Source: Tubiluchus corallicola
Lineage: Eukaryota > Animalia > Priapulida
DNA length: 64,000 bases
Direction of reading: 5' to 3'
Assembly: GCA_030141605.1 (NCBI GenBank)
Contig: JAQGDQ010000024.1
Location: 434,001 to 498,000 of the forward strand
The number at the start of each line of letters is the position of its first letter. Positions within the stretch are counted from its first letter, which is position 1. Made by a program: the position numbers and the translations under genes. This document shows, in pieces, positions 29,801 to 41,400 of the stretch. The notes under the pieces were generated by a model. The model made no database searches. It was not told where the DNA came from and worked only from the letters and a program-made list of their open reading frames with translations.

Positions 29801-31352
29801 CTTGTACTATGATCTCAACTTCAATTGAATTCTAAACTTAACTCATCTCACAAATGAATTTAACTATTTAAACTGTAAACTCATTTCAGCCTAACTCATT
29901 TCTTAATTTCCATTGCTTTTTGCCTCAGCTTCCATACTAGCTGGCATCGCAATTTCATTCAGCCCAACTCGACAATTTAACTAACTACACAGTACACAAC
30001 TCACCTGTCTACTCAATATCAGTTTCAGGTAAAGTCTAAACTTAACTCCACTGAAATCACTACTCAATTAATGGACAACTTACTCACTTTTTTGTTTTGT
30101 TTTTTAGAAAAGACGAGACAACTACTTTTTATAAATTCATCCGCTGTTTCGTCTACAAACAGGAAAGCTATGAATGTTCTGAATATTTGACAACATTTAC
30201 AATGTTTAATCTAACTGAAAATGTCATCACTGGTTCAAAAATGAGTATACTCATCAGTGAACATTAGTAAGACTTCGCTTGTATTACTGTTGTAATAAAA
30301 GCAACATTAATATGTCTGCCCAGTGTGCTCACAATAAATAGAGCTGAGTGTTGAAGGCAAAAACAAGAACTCAGAACACAATTAATAATATCTATTACTT
30401 AACTGTAACAAGAGAATGACATGTGAAGGAACGTGCTTAAACAGAGAGATTAAATGTTGAGCAATCCGATCATTTACACTTGGTAAAACCTAAGGTAAAG
30501 TAATATCCACAATGAATTTTGAAACTGGCCCTGAATACATAGCAAGCAACTTAGTAAATCAGTCAGATCAAAATTTAGTTGAGTTTTAAAGTATTGTAGT
30601 AAACACATACATACACATCAAAGGACTCTCAATCTTACGTAGAAAAACTTTACACATGCTAAACTGCACTTGTTAAACAGCTTCAGCAATTATCAATAAT
30701 TAAATCAACTGGTAAACATGAGATGCGAATATAAATTTTCGTTCTACAGTCATCACTTATTTTTACTATGAACACTGACTACATTTACATTTAAGATGAA
30801 TGTGAGTAAAAGCTCAAGCAACTTTAAAGGGTAGGTCTATATATCATGCCAGTATAATATTAATTTGGCAAAGTGCCAGGTCAACTTGACATAAGGACTC
30901 GTACATGAATAATATCCAATAAATTGACAACTTTAACTTTTATGAATTTAATGTGAGCTTTCGCTAGGCTAATTCCTCAGATGAACTATACACACCTTAG
31001 ATTTGTCATCGTGTAAACATGTGAGGGATATAAGTTTTACAAAGTTCGCCAAGACGAACTTGCTGTGAATTCCCAGTTCTGAAGCTTGCGGATAATATTT
31101 AAACACAGCTATCAGGCTATGTGAATAAGTGTGATACATCCATTGTTGTTTAACTGGTCAGCATCAAACAAGTAATGGTTACTAATACTACTGTGGAAAC
31201 GTAAAAGTAAAGATCAGCTACGATTCTACAACCTACAGCAATGAACTAAGTTAACGTTAAATAATTATCAACAACCAGTAGCTTAACATTTAATCCTATA
31301 TCTAACTTACCTGTATAGAAAACGGCAAAGGGCTTAAAGCTCCAGAACTCAT
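10852..31352 (-). CDS. PK: Pyruvate kinase (PKM-like), about 548-569 aa depending on the first exon used
   Basis: complement join of one first exon (31311-31352, 28477-28575, 27804-27842 or 25431-25466) with 24416-24593, 23894-23985, 20796-20918, 20018-20204, 19334-19476, 18272-18399, 17118-17268, 14905-15057, 13597-13763, 12196-12314, 10852-11021. Motifs [98 protein letters not shown]. Confidence 0.97.
11774..11858. repeat. (CT)n microsatellite at the end of a pyrimidine-rich tract (about 11590-11860) in the last PK intron
   Basis: read directly from the sequence. Confidence 0.97.
12196..12314 (-). CDS. PK: pyruvate kinase exon
   Basis: [39 protein letters not shown]; tttcag / gtaagt. Confidence 0.95.
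13597..13763 (-). CDS. PK: pyruvate kinase exon (167 nt, equivalent to PKM exon 9/10)
   Basis: [56 protein letters not shown]. Confidence 0.95.
14300..14592 (-). mobile_element. SINE-like element with a 5S rRNA-derived internal promoter segment
   Basis: minus strand reads actGAAGTTAAG..cgagacTGGTTAGT..TGGATGGatgaACC (about 14552-14502), resembling 5S box A through box C; boundaries approximate. Confidence 0.5.
14905..15057 (-). CDS. PK: pyruvate kinase exon
   Basis: [51 protein letters not shown]. Confidence 0.96.
17118..17268 (-). CDS. PK: pyruvate kinase exon
   Basis: [50 protein letters not shown]. Confidence 0.96.
17575..18199. mobile_element. hAT-like MITE
   Basis: TIRs ttGGGATGCACaGGATCC...GGATCCGGTACATCCCTA, GGATC subterminal repeats, degenerate 8-bp flanks catttaac/gaattaac. 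Confidence 0.65.
18272..18399 (-). CDS. PK: pyruvate kinase exon
   Basis: [42 protein letters not shown]. Confidence 0.95.
19334..19476 (-). CDS. PK: pyruvate kinase exon
   Basis: [47 protein letters not shown]. Confidence 0.95.
20018..20204 (-). CDS. PK: pyruvate kinase exon (B domain)
   Basis: [22 protein letters not shown]...IWVDYKNI...[15 protein letters not shown]. Confidence 0.95.
20796..20918 (-). CDS. PK: pyruvate kinase exon
   Basis: [41 protein letters not shown]. Confidence 0.95.
23023..23565. mobile_element. PIF/Harbinger-type MITE
   Basis: TIRs AGCCAGGcTTTCATG...CATGAAAtCCTGGCT, TTA target-site duplication on both sides, internal GTCGCAA/TTGCGAC repeats. Confidence 0.75.
23894..23985 (-). 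CDS. PK: pyruvate kinase exon
   Basis: [30 protein letters not shown]. Confidence 0.95.
24416..24593 (-). CDS. PK: pyruvate kinase first shared exon (contains no ATG, phase-0 acceptor)
   Basis: tttgcag|AGGCGG; [59 protein letters not shown]. Confidence 0.92.
25431..25466 (-). CDS. PK: pyruvate kinase candidate alternative first coding exon D
   Basis: aactATGGCT...GTGATG|gtaaga; [12 protein letters not shown], phase 0. Confidence 0.6.
27337..27476. mobile_element. possible small Tc1/mariner-type MITE remnant
   Basis: imperfect TIRs TACAGTtAAATctctgtTATAAC versus TACAGTcAAATtgcttGATAATc with TA ends. Confidence 0.35.
27804..27842 (-). CDS. PK: pyruvate kinase candidate alternative first coding exon C
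   Basis: attATGGAT...ATTGAG|gtaagt; [13 protein letters not shown], phase 0. Confidence 0.65.
28477..28575 (-). CDS. PK: pyruvate kinase candidate alternative first coding exon B
   Basis: caaaATGTCT...ATACAG|gtagta (or gtatga 3 nt further on); [33 protein letters not shown], phase 0. Confidence 0.5.
31311..31352 (-). CDS. PK: pyruvate kinase candidate first coding exon A (most distal)
   Basis: aaaATGAGT...ATACAG|gtaagt; [14 protein letters not shown], phase 0; preceded by a CpG-richer promoter-like stretch at about 31400-31560. Confidence 0.7.
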
Positions 31353-32186
31353 TTTAAATGTGACTATGGAGCTAACAATTAGAAAATTTCCGTCAAAATA
31401 TTCAACATCGGAAAGGCTCCACGTCCAAGAATAGATACAGCAGGCACCCAAGCTCCAAAAATACTATGCGACGCTAGCGGCATCGAACGGGATCGGGAAC
31501 AGCCTGCAGGCTGTAGAAAAAACATGCAAAAGCTCATTTTTAAACTATTTTTGAGCATCGCTAGATACCTAGTAACGGCCTGGGTAAGCCTACTTACAGT
31601 GACAAATTTTATTTTCAAAATGTATCTCATGTAGTTAAAGTTTAAAATTCCTGATACACAGTAATTAGACTGCAATAACGACGTCAATTAACTTAATTAC
31701 TTCTTTATCTGCATTTTAGAGGCAATCATAATCCGTAAAATTTTGCGCATAAATTCACATCAATAATTCGTAGCCTGTCGGCCAGACGGTACCACAATAA
31801 CAGTTAAAAAAACCACAACATGTATTTTATACGACTAATTATTGTAACGTTAATTCGTCACAACTCACAACAATTAATAATTAAGAACAGCCTTCAAGCC
31901 CTTAATTGATATAAAAACCGCTTTAATTTCATATTTTAACTATTTTAGGCGAGCCTACATTTCATACATAGTCTGTGCATAGTTCACGTAGGCCTAGTTT
32001 GTGCACAACTTTCAATTATTATAAACAACAAAATAAATAATGTAATATTAAATGAAGTATTGCAACGATACAATCCGCTACGAAACCAGCAAAAGACAGA
32101 ACAATACACTAGACTTAATTTTTATTACACTAAGCAGTTGTGAGTCCTAGTCCTAAAGGACTTAAAACGCGAGATAGATTCGGGCT

Positions 32187-32512
32187 GGCTTATATAGGTC
32201 TGTTTTCCAAAAAAAGTGTTTCACAGAAAAAACATTTTCCAGAAAAATAACTACCCAGAAAAAAATTGCCAAAAAACCTTCTCTCCCTCCCTCTTCCTTG
32301 CTGTCTCTTTCCCGTCTTTCCCTGCTCCTCTAAAAAGGATTTATTACATTTTTTCTAAATTTTATTTTCAATGAAATGACAGCTCTAGAAAAACTTTTCT
32401 GGGAAATAGGTTTTTCTGACATAATTGTTTTCTATGAATTTTTTCAGGGATTTTTTTTTCGGCAAAAACTTTCTAGGAAAATGCTCCTCTGGGAAAGCGA
32501 TCGAGTTTACCC
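32187..32512. repeat. foldback-like element whose inverted arms are built of short degenerate units
   Basis: left arm units like TTTTCCAGAAAA, right arm units like TTTTCTGGGAAA, pyrimidine-rich spacer. Confidence 0.5.
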
Positions 32513-33338
32513 TATTCAGACTACGTAATTAATTATGTTGGATTCACGCGTCGAGCAACATGAGCAAAATGTTCTCCTATTTATCAGTTTGCCCCTGTTT
32601 TCAGCTTGTAGAGACTGTAATATAAATAGGCTTCCCTCGAGTCTTGCATATACTAAACCTGCGAGTCTTGCACATTCTAAACTCATGTGTAAACGCGTCC
32701 ACCGTCTATACTCTATACCCTACAAGTGAATTAGCTGATCGACGACTGGGTTCAGTACTTGTGTTAACGCAAAAAACAACGTTGGCAGCAGCTATCCAAA
32801 TTCACAAGAAATTTGACCTAAACTTTAAATAGCTAAGTTGTTGCGGCGAAGTTCTTTCAACAGTCAATTATTTTTACCAGCTTTTGCTCAACACAAGTCA
32901 GTATTTGAAGAGTTATTTTTCTGTTTACTAAACAAGATAGTATTCAAACTCTACTCCAGAACAAAACGCGACCAGATGATCAATGTTCTAAACCAAAGCG
33001 GTATAACGACCACCGCCAAGCCGCAAAACGTCCTGCAAAAACACTGCAGCCCCAGCAGTGAATACTTTTTTTATTTTGCAATCTAATGGTCTAATCAAAA
33101 AGACGAGTTAGATATTCTCAATAAATCAATATATCTGCACAGCTATACAAGAACGGACGCTCATGGGCGTTCTTTCATCATCGCCGTTTAGTATCGATCG
33201 GACCAATTAAATTCTGTGCGAAATATCGATCAACTAGAGAAAACGGAATGGCAATTACAAAAACACGAAAAAAGAATAGGTAGCTCCTGCTAAAAACGGT
33301 CGAGATTAAATGCAATAAGGATAACCAAAAAACTTCCT

Positions 33339-33598
<260 letters not shown>

Positions 33599-33848
33599 CA
33601 GAAGGGGGAGAGAGCGGCAGAGGAAAAAGACAACTGCTGCCATATTTTTACTGAAGCCACTGAGATCGATCAAGCGGGTCAAGCATTCTTATATCATGTT
33701 ATATACAAGTGCTGTATAGTAAACTAATACGCTTTAGAATACACTGTAGATAGTTTATATATTATATATAGTATATATATATATATATATTATTATTATG
33801 TATATGTATATATACCATAGATGGTAGAGTAAGACAACATACAGTTTA

Positions 33849-33949
33849 AAGTTGATGATTAAAATCCACGCTTCATTGTATAACATCACGTTATGCATAA
33901 GTTGATGATTAAAACCCACGCTTCATTGTATAACATCACGCTATGCATA
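33849..33949. repeat. 50-bp tandem duplication
   Basis: two copies of gttgatgattaaaa(t/c)ccacgcttcattgtataacatcacg(t/c)tatgcata. Confidence 0.9.
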
Positions 33950-35089
33950 TTCTCTTTTTGCAATGCAGTTTCTCTTTAGGGGACAGGTAATCACAAAGCA
34001 ATTACACAATTATGTTTCTTAAAAGCCAAACAAAAAACTCTGTAGAATATCTTCATACTTTATATTGATGAATGATTTTACAAAAATTATTCATACAAAG
34101 GATTTATAAAGCTATTACAAAAGAACAACTGCAAATCAAAACAAATATCACAGTTATCAGGAACGTGATCAATGATCGACTAAATGAAATGGATACAAAT
34201 TGCAATACATTATGATCTCTATAAATAATTTCAGATGCAAAGGAACACACAGCATACCTTCATTTACGTATTATAATATAAACCATAATAAATTAAAAGA
34301 TGTTCACTTGAATAATAACAGCCAACATCTTTGCAAATCGTTGATTATGCTTAATACACACTGCTCTGGAGAAAAAAGTGCAATTTTTACAAAGAATTCA
34401 AAGATTTCTTGCAACTTCTTTTTTTTAAAAAAAAATTTAGAAGGACACAACTGCCTTGCACATTAAGTATAAATTTGCTGACAAATATACACATATATAA
34501 TAAAAGACAGCCCATGTACAAAACAAATTCTCTTTATTAAAAGATTTCCATCATTTTTAATTCTGGCTCAAAGCTGCAATAATTATGCGAGCAAATAAAA
34601 ATTTGTCATCGTTATTGTCATCATACTTACTAGCATTTACAATTTACAGTAAATTCCACAAGCTTGCTTACATAACTACATGCTTACTGTATGTTTGTGT
34701 ATGTGTAGACTCTAGGCCTTTATATACTGTTCGTTTTCTATAATTCTTGCATAACGTATGAATGATTAGTCCAATTACAATAATGACTTTTAAACTCTTG
34801 TATCATTTAACTTATTATATGTATAATATCTTTATTCGTACTTTATTTGTATACTTTGAGTTAGTGTGTTAAGTTAAAAACTAGTATTGATTTAACATTT
34901 AAATTTTAAACTTTGCAGACTCCGTCTTTCAACGTGGATAGCACATACTAACCACACCGACATAAAAATATTTAAAACGAGATTTGTGTAAATTCAATTG
35001 GTACACATCTCCATTATACGCATACATCTCCAATAGTTTGCCTATTCAACAGCAAATAAGTAAGTATATGTCTACAAATTATTATTATG

Positions 35090-35413
35090 TCAAGAAGAAT
35101 CTGACATGTTCCAGAATGGCACTTCCTCACCTGGTTTATTATCATTTAATACGCTATGACTAGATTTATTTGTTTCACTTGAAAATAATAAAACCTCTTC
35201 TGCCACATCCATATCACCCAGAGATAAAGACTGACCAAAAGAAGCAGGTGATGCCCAGAATCCCTCTGATCTATACAGTGATTTACTTTGAACAGAATCC
35301 CTAGTGAGTTCATTGTTTTCAGCATCCAGGCCAGCAAAAAGGCTGCTCGCTAATGCTTGCCTTTCCCGCTGTGCCAGAGGTGAGACAGGGTTCTGAACAG
35401 CCGCTTCCACTGT
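35090..35413 (-). CDS. AP4E1: AP4E1 terminal exon 15
   Basis: TVEAAVQNPVSPLAQRERQALASSLFAGLD...PFWNMSDSS then TGA. Confidence 0.8.
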   Translation of the reverse strand, partial: TVEAAVQNPVSPLAQRERQALASSLFAGLDAENNELTRDSVQSKSLYRSEGFWASPASFGQSLSLGDMDVAEEVLLFSSETNKSSHSVLNDNKPGEEVPFWNMSDSS

Positions 35414-38400
35414 CTAAATAAATAATTAAGTACATGAAAGAACATTTTTATAACTTGGTTGAGATTTTAGCTCACTTTGAACTGTAGAAACACTTCTAAT
35501 AATCTCATCTGAGATGCTTATTAGTATAATAGATGCTACTAGTACAATATTAATATCAAAATCCCCTTTAAAAATGTAGCATTTATTTACTTTTAGTATA
35601 TACCTAACATTTTATTTACTAAACTTAATTACCAAGAGACGTATATTATACCATCCACCCTCTTCGGCAAGGCCAATCAGTTATAGTCCTAGCTGCGTTG
35701 AAAACCAGCAATAAAGCATCTAATGTGCATTATCACTTACCTTATTAGTAATACTTTGTACTAGTGAGTATCTATTGATGTTTCAAACCAAAGCAATTTA
35801 GTTACAAGAAAAAAAAACTGTTACAAATATACAGATGCAAATTTAAGGAAAATTCGGGATAGAGCTACTTTAAACACTCACATTTGCTTTTTTCTGATTG
35901 GACAATTTACTATGTTTTAGACGGCTTGATGAAGCTTTGGACGAAACAATGCCATCTCTGCTCCAAACCTTCTTAACACGTGTCCCACCCAGACCACTGA
36001 AAATAACAAAATGACAAAAATAAAAGATTTCTTGTAGCACTAAATAAAATCAAATGTGACCATGTGACTTTTGACCATTTAAGCAAACGCACTTGTGCAA
36101 TATTTACATAAAAATTCTAATTAGCAAATTAGATCCTACGTAGAAAATGTTCAAGTAGTTCAAGATCCAAGACCGTCAGTAGAAAAAAGAATTAGTTCAT
36201 GTTTGAAGTTCTAATTTGACATACTGTTATAGTACGTATTCTAAACAAGGTTACTTCAAACAATCATTTATCAACTTACCTAATCCATCTTCTTACATGA
36301 AGTGTAGCTTAAGTATTGTAACAATAATAGGTTTTCACAAATCTAGTAATTTACCTTTTTCCAGTTTCTAAGATATATCAGTACATGAATGTCTACATGT
36401 ATGAGTAGGTGATTAAACTGCCAATGCAGCATTAATGTTTAGTGCATAGTGTTGGCAAAAGGTAGCATTCTGTTTAATGGTCAGCTGCAGAAATCTACCG
36501 AGATGGTATCTGCACTTTTAAACTGATGAAATTTTAACATACTCTACCTGATGCACCTTACATTACAACCTAACAGGTGTTGACCGTTAATGAACAGCAA
36601 TCTTTGCTGCATAAAAATTATTAAAATGTTGTCTTCATATGAGGGCGAGTGGATCCAGTAACAACAATGCAAATCTCGAAGAAAAATTATTTAGCAATAA
36701 ATTATTTTTAATTTATAATATTTAACTACAATATTTATAATATAAAATTTTTAATGCAATTAAACAGAAGCAACAGCTATTGTGAAGAATTTGTTAGACT
36801 GAACGGCAGTGGACAACACGAGATAGCTTCAAATGTGAATTTGTAATTCCCATTTCAAGTAGCTGTTACTAGCTTATTTATAAGCACACTATACATTTAT
36901 AGCTTTATTAATTCGTGAAAATACCATTTTATAGTAATAAAGGTGCATTGCATATTAATGACAAGCAATTAAGTCATTATTTGCAATACAACAATCACAA
37001 ACAGGTACACTTCACACAGCTTTATCCATAATTATACTTGTGTGCAGTACTTTCAGTTACTGTTTTCAAACCGTTTTAACGTCAGCTTTACACAAAAGCA
37101 GAAATTTTTTCAACTAATTTTTAATTATAAACAAATATCAAACCTTGTACAAGCTGGCATTTCAGAAACAGACTTATTAGACCTGAAAGAGGTAGACAAT
37201 GTGGAGGAACTGGATTCTAATGTTGAATGTGGCTCAGTCATTTGGTGAACAGTCTTGGATGCTGCACTTGGAGTCACTGACAGCATTTGGCTGGGTTTAA
37301 CAATGCGTAAGCTTCGAGGCTTGTAAGGTTCACTTCCTGAAGTCAGCGATTCAGCTACATACTGATCCAGAAATGACAACGTAAAATCCATCTAGTAAAT
37401 CAAAATAAAATCCATCTATTACATCAAAATAACTGATACAGGAAGATCCCCACATAATTTAAATACCCTAACCCTAACCCTGTCCCTAACCCAAACTCTA
37501 ACCCCAATCCGCTTCACGAACCAATTTCTTGTGTGTGGCGAATTGCAAACTTTATCCCTATGTATAATGTATATGAATGTCATGTGCATTGAGCTGGTAA
37601 CACAATTACGTACATGTACATAATTATTACTAAACTGAAACTGCGGTGTTCAACTACTTTCAGATATTCAAAGATTTTTTCTTACGAAAACTGATTAAGT
37701 TATCTTAAAGGAAACAAGGATAGAAACAGAAACCCCCCAAAACTTGTTTAAATCAAATAGGCATAGTCATCGTAGTAGTAGTCATACTATTACTAGAAAG
37801 TTTAAATCTACAAAATTTTAAATTTCTGTTCTTACTTTATGGAACTACTAAAACTAAAATGTAATAACATAAAACTTACCTCCTTTATTTCAGGTCTCAA
37901 CAACAGATTTTGACAATTTTCATCTGTGATATGGCTTAGAAAGCTTTGCAATTCATCTACCTAAAGTTTTGGCATACAAAGTTTAAAAGAAAAACATGCT
38001 AAATAAAATTCAATAGCAACATATCATCTTTTTTAGTACCACGATAAACAGTTTGAATCAAACTAGCCGCAGTTATTATGAGAAGACTCACTAAATAATA
38101 AACAAACTATTCTTCAAACAAAAGTGTATAAAGCATAATTACTGCACGTTCATACATTATCAGTTACACAGAATTAATCCTAGTTTAATCCAACATCTTT
38201 TTATGGCAAATTTCTTTAATGTTATTAAAAAAATGCTCACAATATAGTTATTTTTACGCAAATGAACTGTAAAATTCCGAAATGCTCAAAAACTTGACAT
38301 GTCAGCAGAAACCACATGTTAATAAATCTACTAAGTTATAATAAATTTAAGAAATTACAAAAGACACTAAAAATTAGTAATGAATGTTTTTATGATTATA

Positions 38401-41400
38401 AACAGATTTGAGTTACCTCAAGTAACGAGGGATTTACATTATGGGAAATTTCGTTGACAGTATTAAAAATGCTTGCAATCTTGCAACAATTATTATTGCC
38501 CAAAAAATTGTAAAAATTGTGAATTGTTCATTTACTTGATATAACAGCAGTAACAAGATGTTAACAAAAATTCGGCATTTAAAAACGTCACTCAACGTCA
38601 CTTCGCAAGACATTAAAATACGGTACGTTTTTATTACATGTATTATAAACAAGGTCGACTTACCTCATGTAATGAGCTTTTCACATTTTCCAAATCCTTT
38701 ACAAAGATATCTCGCTCTGCTTGGTTACAGTGGAGTGCAATTCTTCTGACTGAATTAAGGCAAACAGACTGTAAGGAAGTTGAGCTTCCATCATTTACTT
38801 GAGAAATGAGAAGAGATACCGCACTACGCTTTTCGTCATCATCACACCAGTCTGCACATTCGCCCATAACCTAAATCCGATAAGCTGATAATGTAATTCA
38901 GTTATATGATCAAATCTAATTAAAGTCAAATTTTTATAGTACTATCAGAGAACAATATTGATGTACATTTAACGTATTTTTTAACTTAAATGTTGATCAT
39001 TTATTTGTTACTCCGTAAACAGCTGTAAGTGTCTCTAAAATTTCTAACGTCACCAACATTCAAGTAGCATTCAAATACATTTCGTAGATGCACTAAACTA
39101 GGAAAACTTTTAATAGCTTCAGTTCAATTAGCTAGTATCACTTCAGTCAAACATTAAACAAGCACCAAAAATGTCAGCTTGTTAAAATTGTCAAAATCTG
39201 TTGTTGAGACATGAAACAAAGGAGGTAAGTTTTATGTTATTACGTTTTAGTTTTAGTAGTTCCATAACGTAAGAACAGAAACTTAAAATTTTGTAAATTT
39301 TAACTTTCTAGTGATAGTATGACTACTACAACTATGACTATGCCTGCTACAAAATTAATTTGATTTAGACAAGTTTTGGGGGTTTCTGTTTCTATCCTTG
39401 TTTCCTTTAAGATAACTTAATCAGTTTTCGTAAGAAAAAATCTTTGAATAACTGAAAGTAGTTGAACACCGCAGTTTCAGTTTAGTAATAATTATGGACC
39501 AAATATTAAAGCCACAGATATTTTATAGAATACATCTTATGCATAAAACCTACCCAGGCCGAAAACTGCAAGAGTCGATCTGGAACTTTTTCCTCTGCTA
39601 GGAATTTCTTGAATTCATTAAATGCGAAAACTTTGAGGTCTTTGTCTCCACCTTCAACAATACTATAAACAGCATCCACAGTGTCTTGTGGCATAAACAA
39701 ATCAGCTTTCAGCATGATGTAATTAACTGCTTTCAAGTGCCATTGTTTGCTTGGCGCATGGCTGTCGACAATTCGACACAAACTTGAGGTAACAAAACTA
39801 CGAAAGTAATCGTCACTCGACTGGCCAAGCAACAAGGTTATTTTGTTACAAACTGCATTGATGTTCGTCGAATTAACGATTCTGCTCAAAAGCTCAACTG
39901 TCTGAAATGAGAAAAACACAAGAGTATACACATATTATGAAATAACTAACTTTGTATATTAATAAGGCTTATACCTCTGCATGCATTCATAGTAAAAGAA
40001 AATGTGGGCAAAAAGAATGTATTGAATTTTTTAATTTGATTTGAATATGAATGGGGTGGAATTTTGAATTGAATTGATTTTTTATTCAATTTTATAATAC
40101 AATAAGTGTTAGTGTTTACAATAATAAGTCAGAAAGAAAGACAGGGCGAAGAAAAACCATGCGGTCGTCGAATGTACACCCTTAAAAAATTAAGTTTAAC
40201 ATCAGTATTTCCACATTTTTAACATACTGATCACTATGATACAGTGAATAATGAGCTCCATTAAGAATGTCAAAATATCAACAATAAACTTTATTTCACA
40301 TTCCTTCATTGAATAACTGTCATTGCAATATACTAAAGCTTGTAACAAAAACTGACCACGAATTGCTGAGCAACCATAAAGATACTCCAAAAATTTCAGC
40401 ATGCAAACTCAAAGTTTTAATTCAGAAATTTCCAGCAATCTTTACATGATTTGTTACACGTCATTTAATGAATTACTAAAATATTTATATACACGAAACA
40501 CTAAATGATTAGAATATGGAATGCATCTGAGAAAAAGCCAATGATAACATGACTACACTCACCATTCTCTTTATAGTTTCATCAGGATGGTCTAAACAGT
40601 CAAGAATGACATTCTGATATTCTAGTGCATAGGATGGTTGCACATGTTGTACTATATAGGATAAACTCTTGATTCCTAAATACAACAGTTAGTTCAATTA
40701 TTCAAAAGTTAAGAAAACAAAATTATTTAAAAATTAGAGCTTTTTAAAGATTAAAAAACCATTTTTAAAGATTCTCAGTCATTTTGGCCCCATCAGTGAA
40801 ATTAATTTACAAGTCATTTTGAAGATGAAATTAAAGCTAATACATACGACTAATAAAACACCAAAATTGGCCCACTTTTCATACTTTAAACGTTACATAG
40901 TAAACATTATTTTAATTTTTAATAAAATAAATTGCAAGATAAAGCCAGATTTGCTACAGACAAATTTGTAGTAGGCTAACAATCTACTTACTATAAGCAT
41001 ACAATGACAACCTTATCAGAACAGATATGGCAGCAGTGTGAAGACATTTAAGAAAACAGTTAGAAAATATTGCTCTGCCTGGGTGAACAGCAAAGTACTG
41101 CATGCGCTCACATGAAAGTTTTACATGCAATAAGTTGGAAAACGAAACTTTGAATAATTTCACATTAAAGTAAGTGTACAGTGATTCAATATTTTCGATC
41201 CTTGAGTTTATACAGTTACCTCAAACTTTGATACCTTATTTCAAAAGCGACAGAAAGTGAAATTCTTAGCATTTACAAAAAGCAATAAATGTTAGAATGA
41301 CTAACCTAGTCATTCCTATTCACTGCGTCTTATTTTACAATAAGATGTGCTACATACGCAAGAAGGTGTGTCCCTCGGCTATTTATGATTATCCATTATA

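Noticed and set aside
30000-30210. Further minus-strand donors (gtgagt) as extra PK first exons
   Set aside because: No in-frame ATG without an intervening stop; they could only be non-coding or chance matches.
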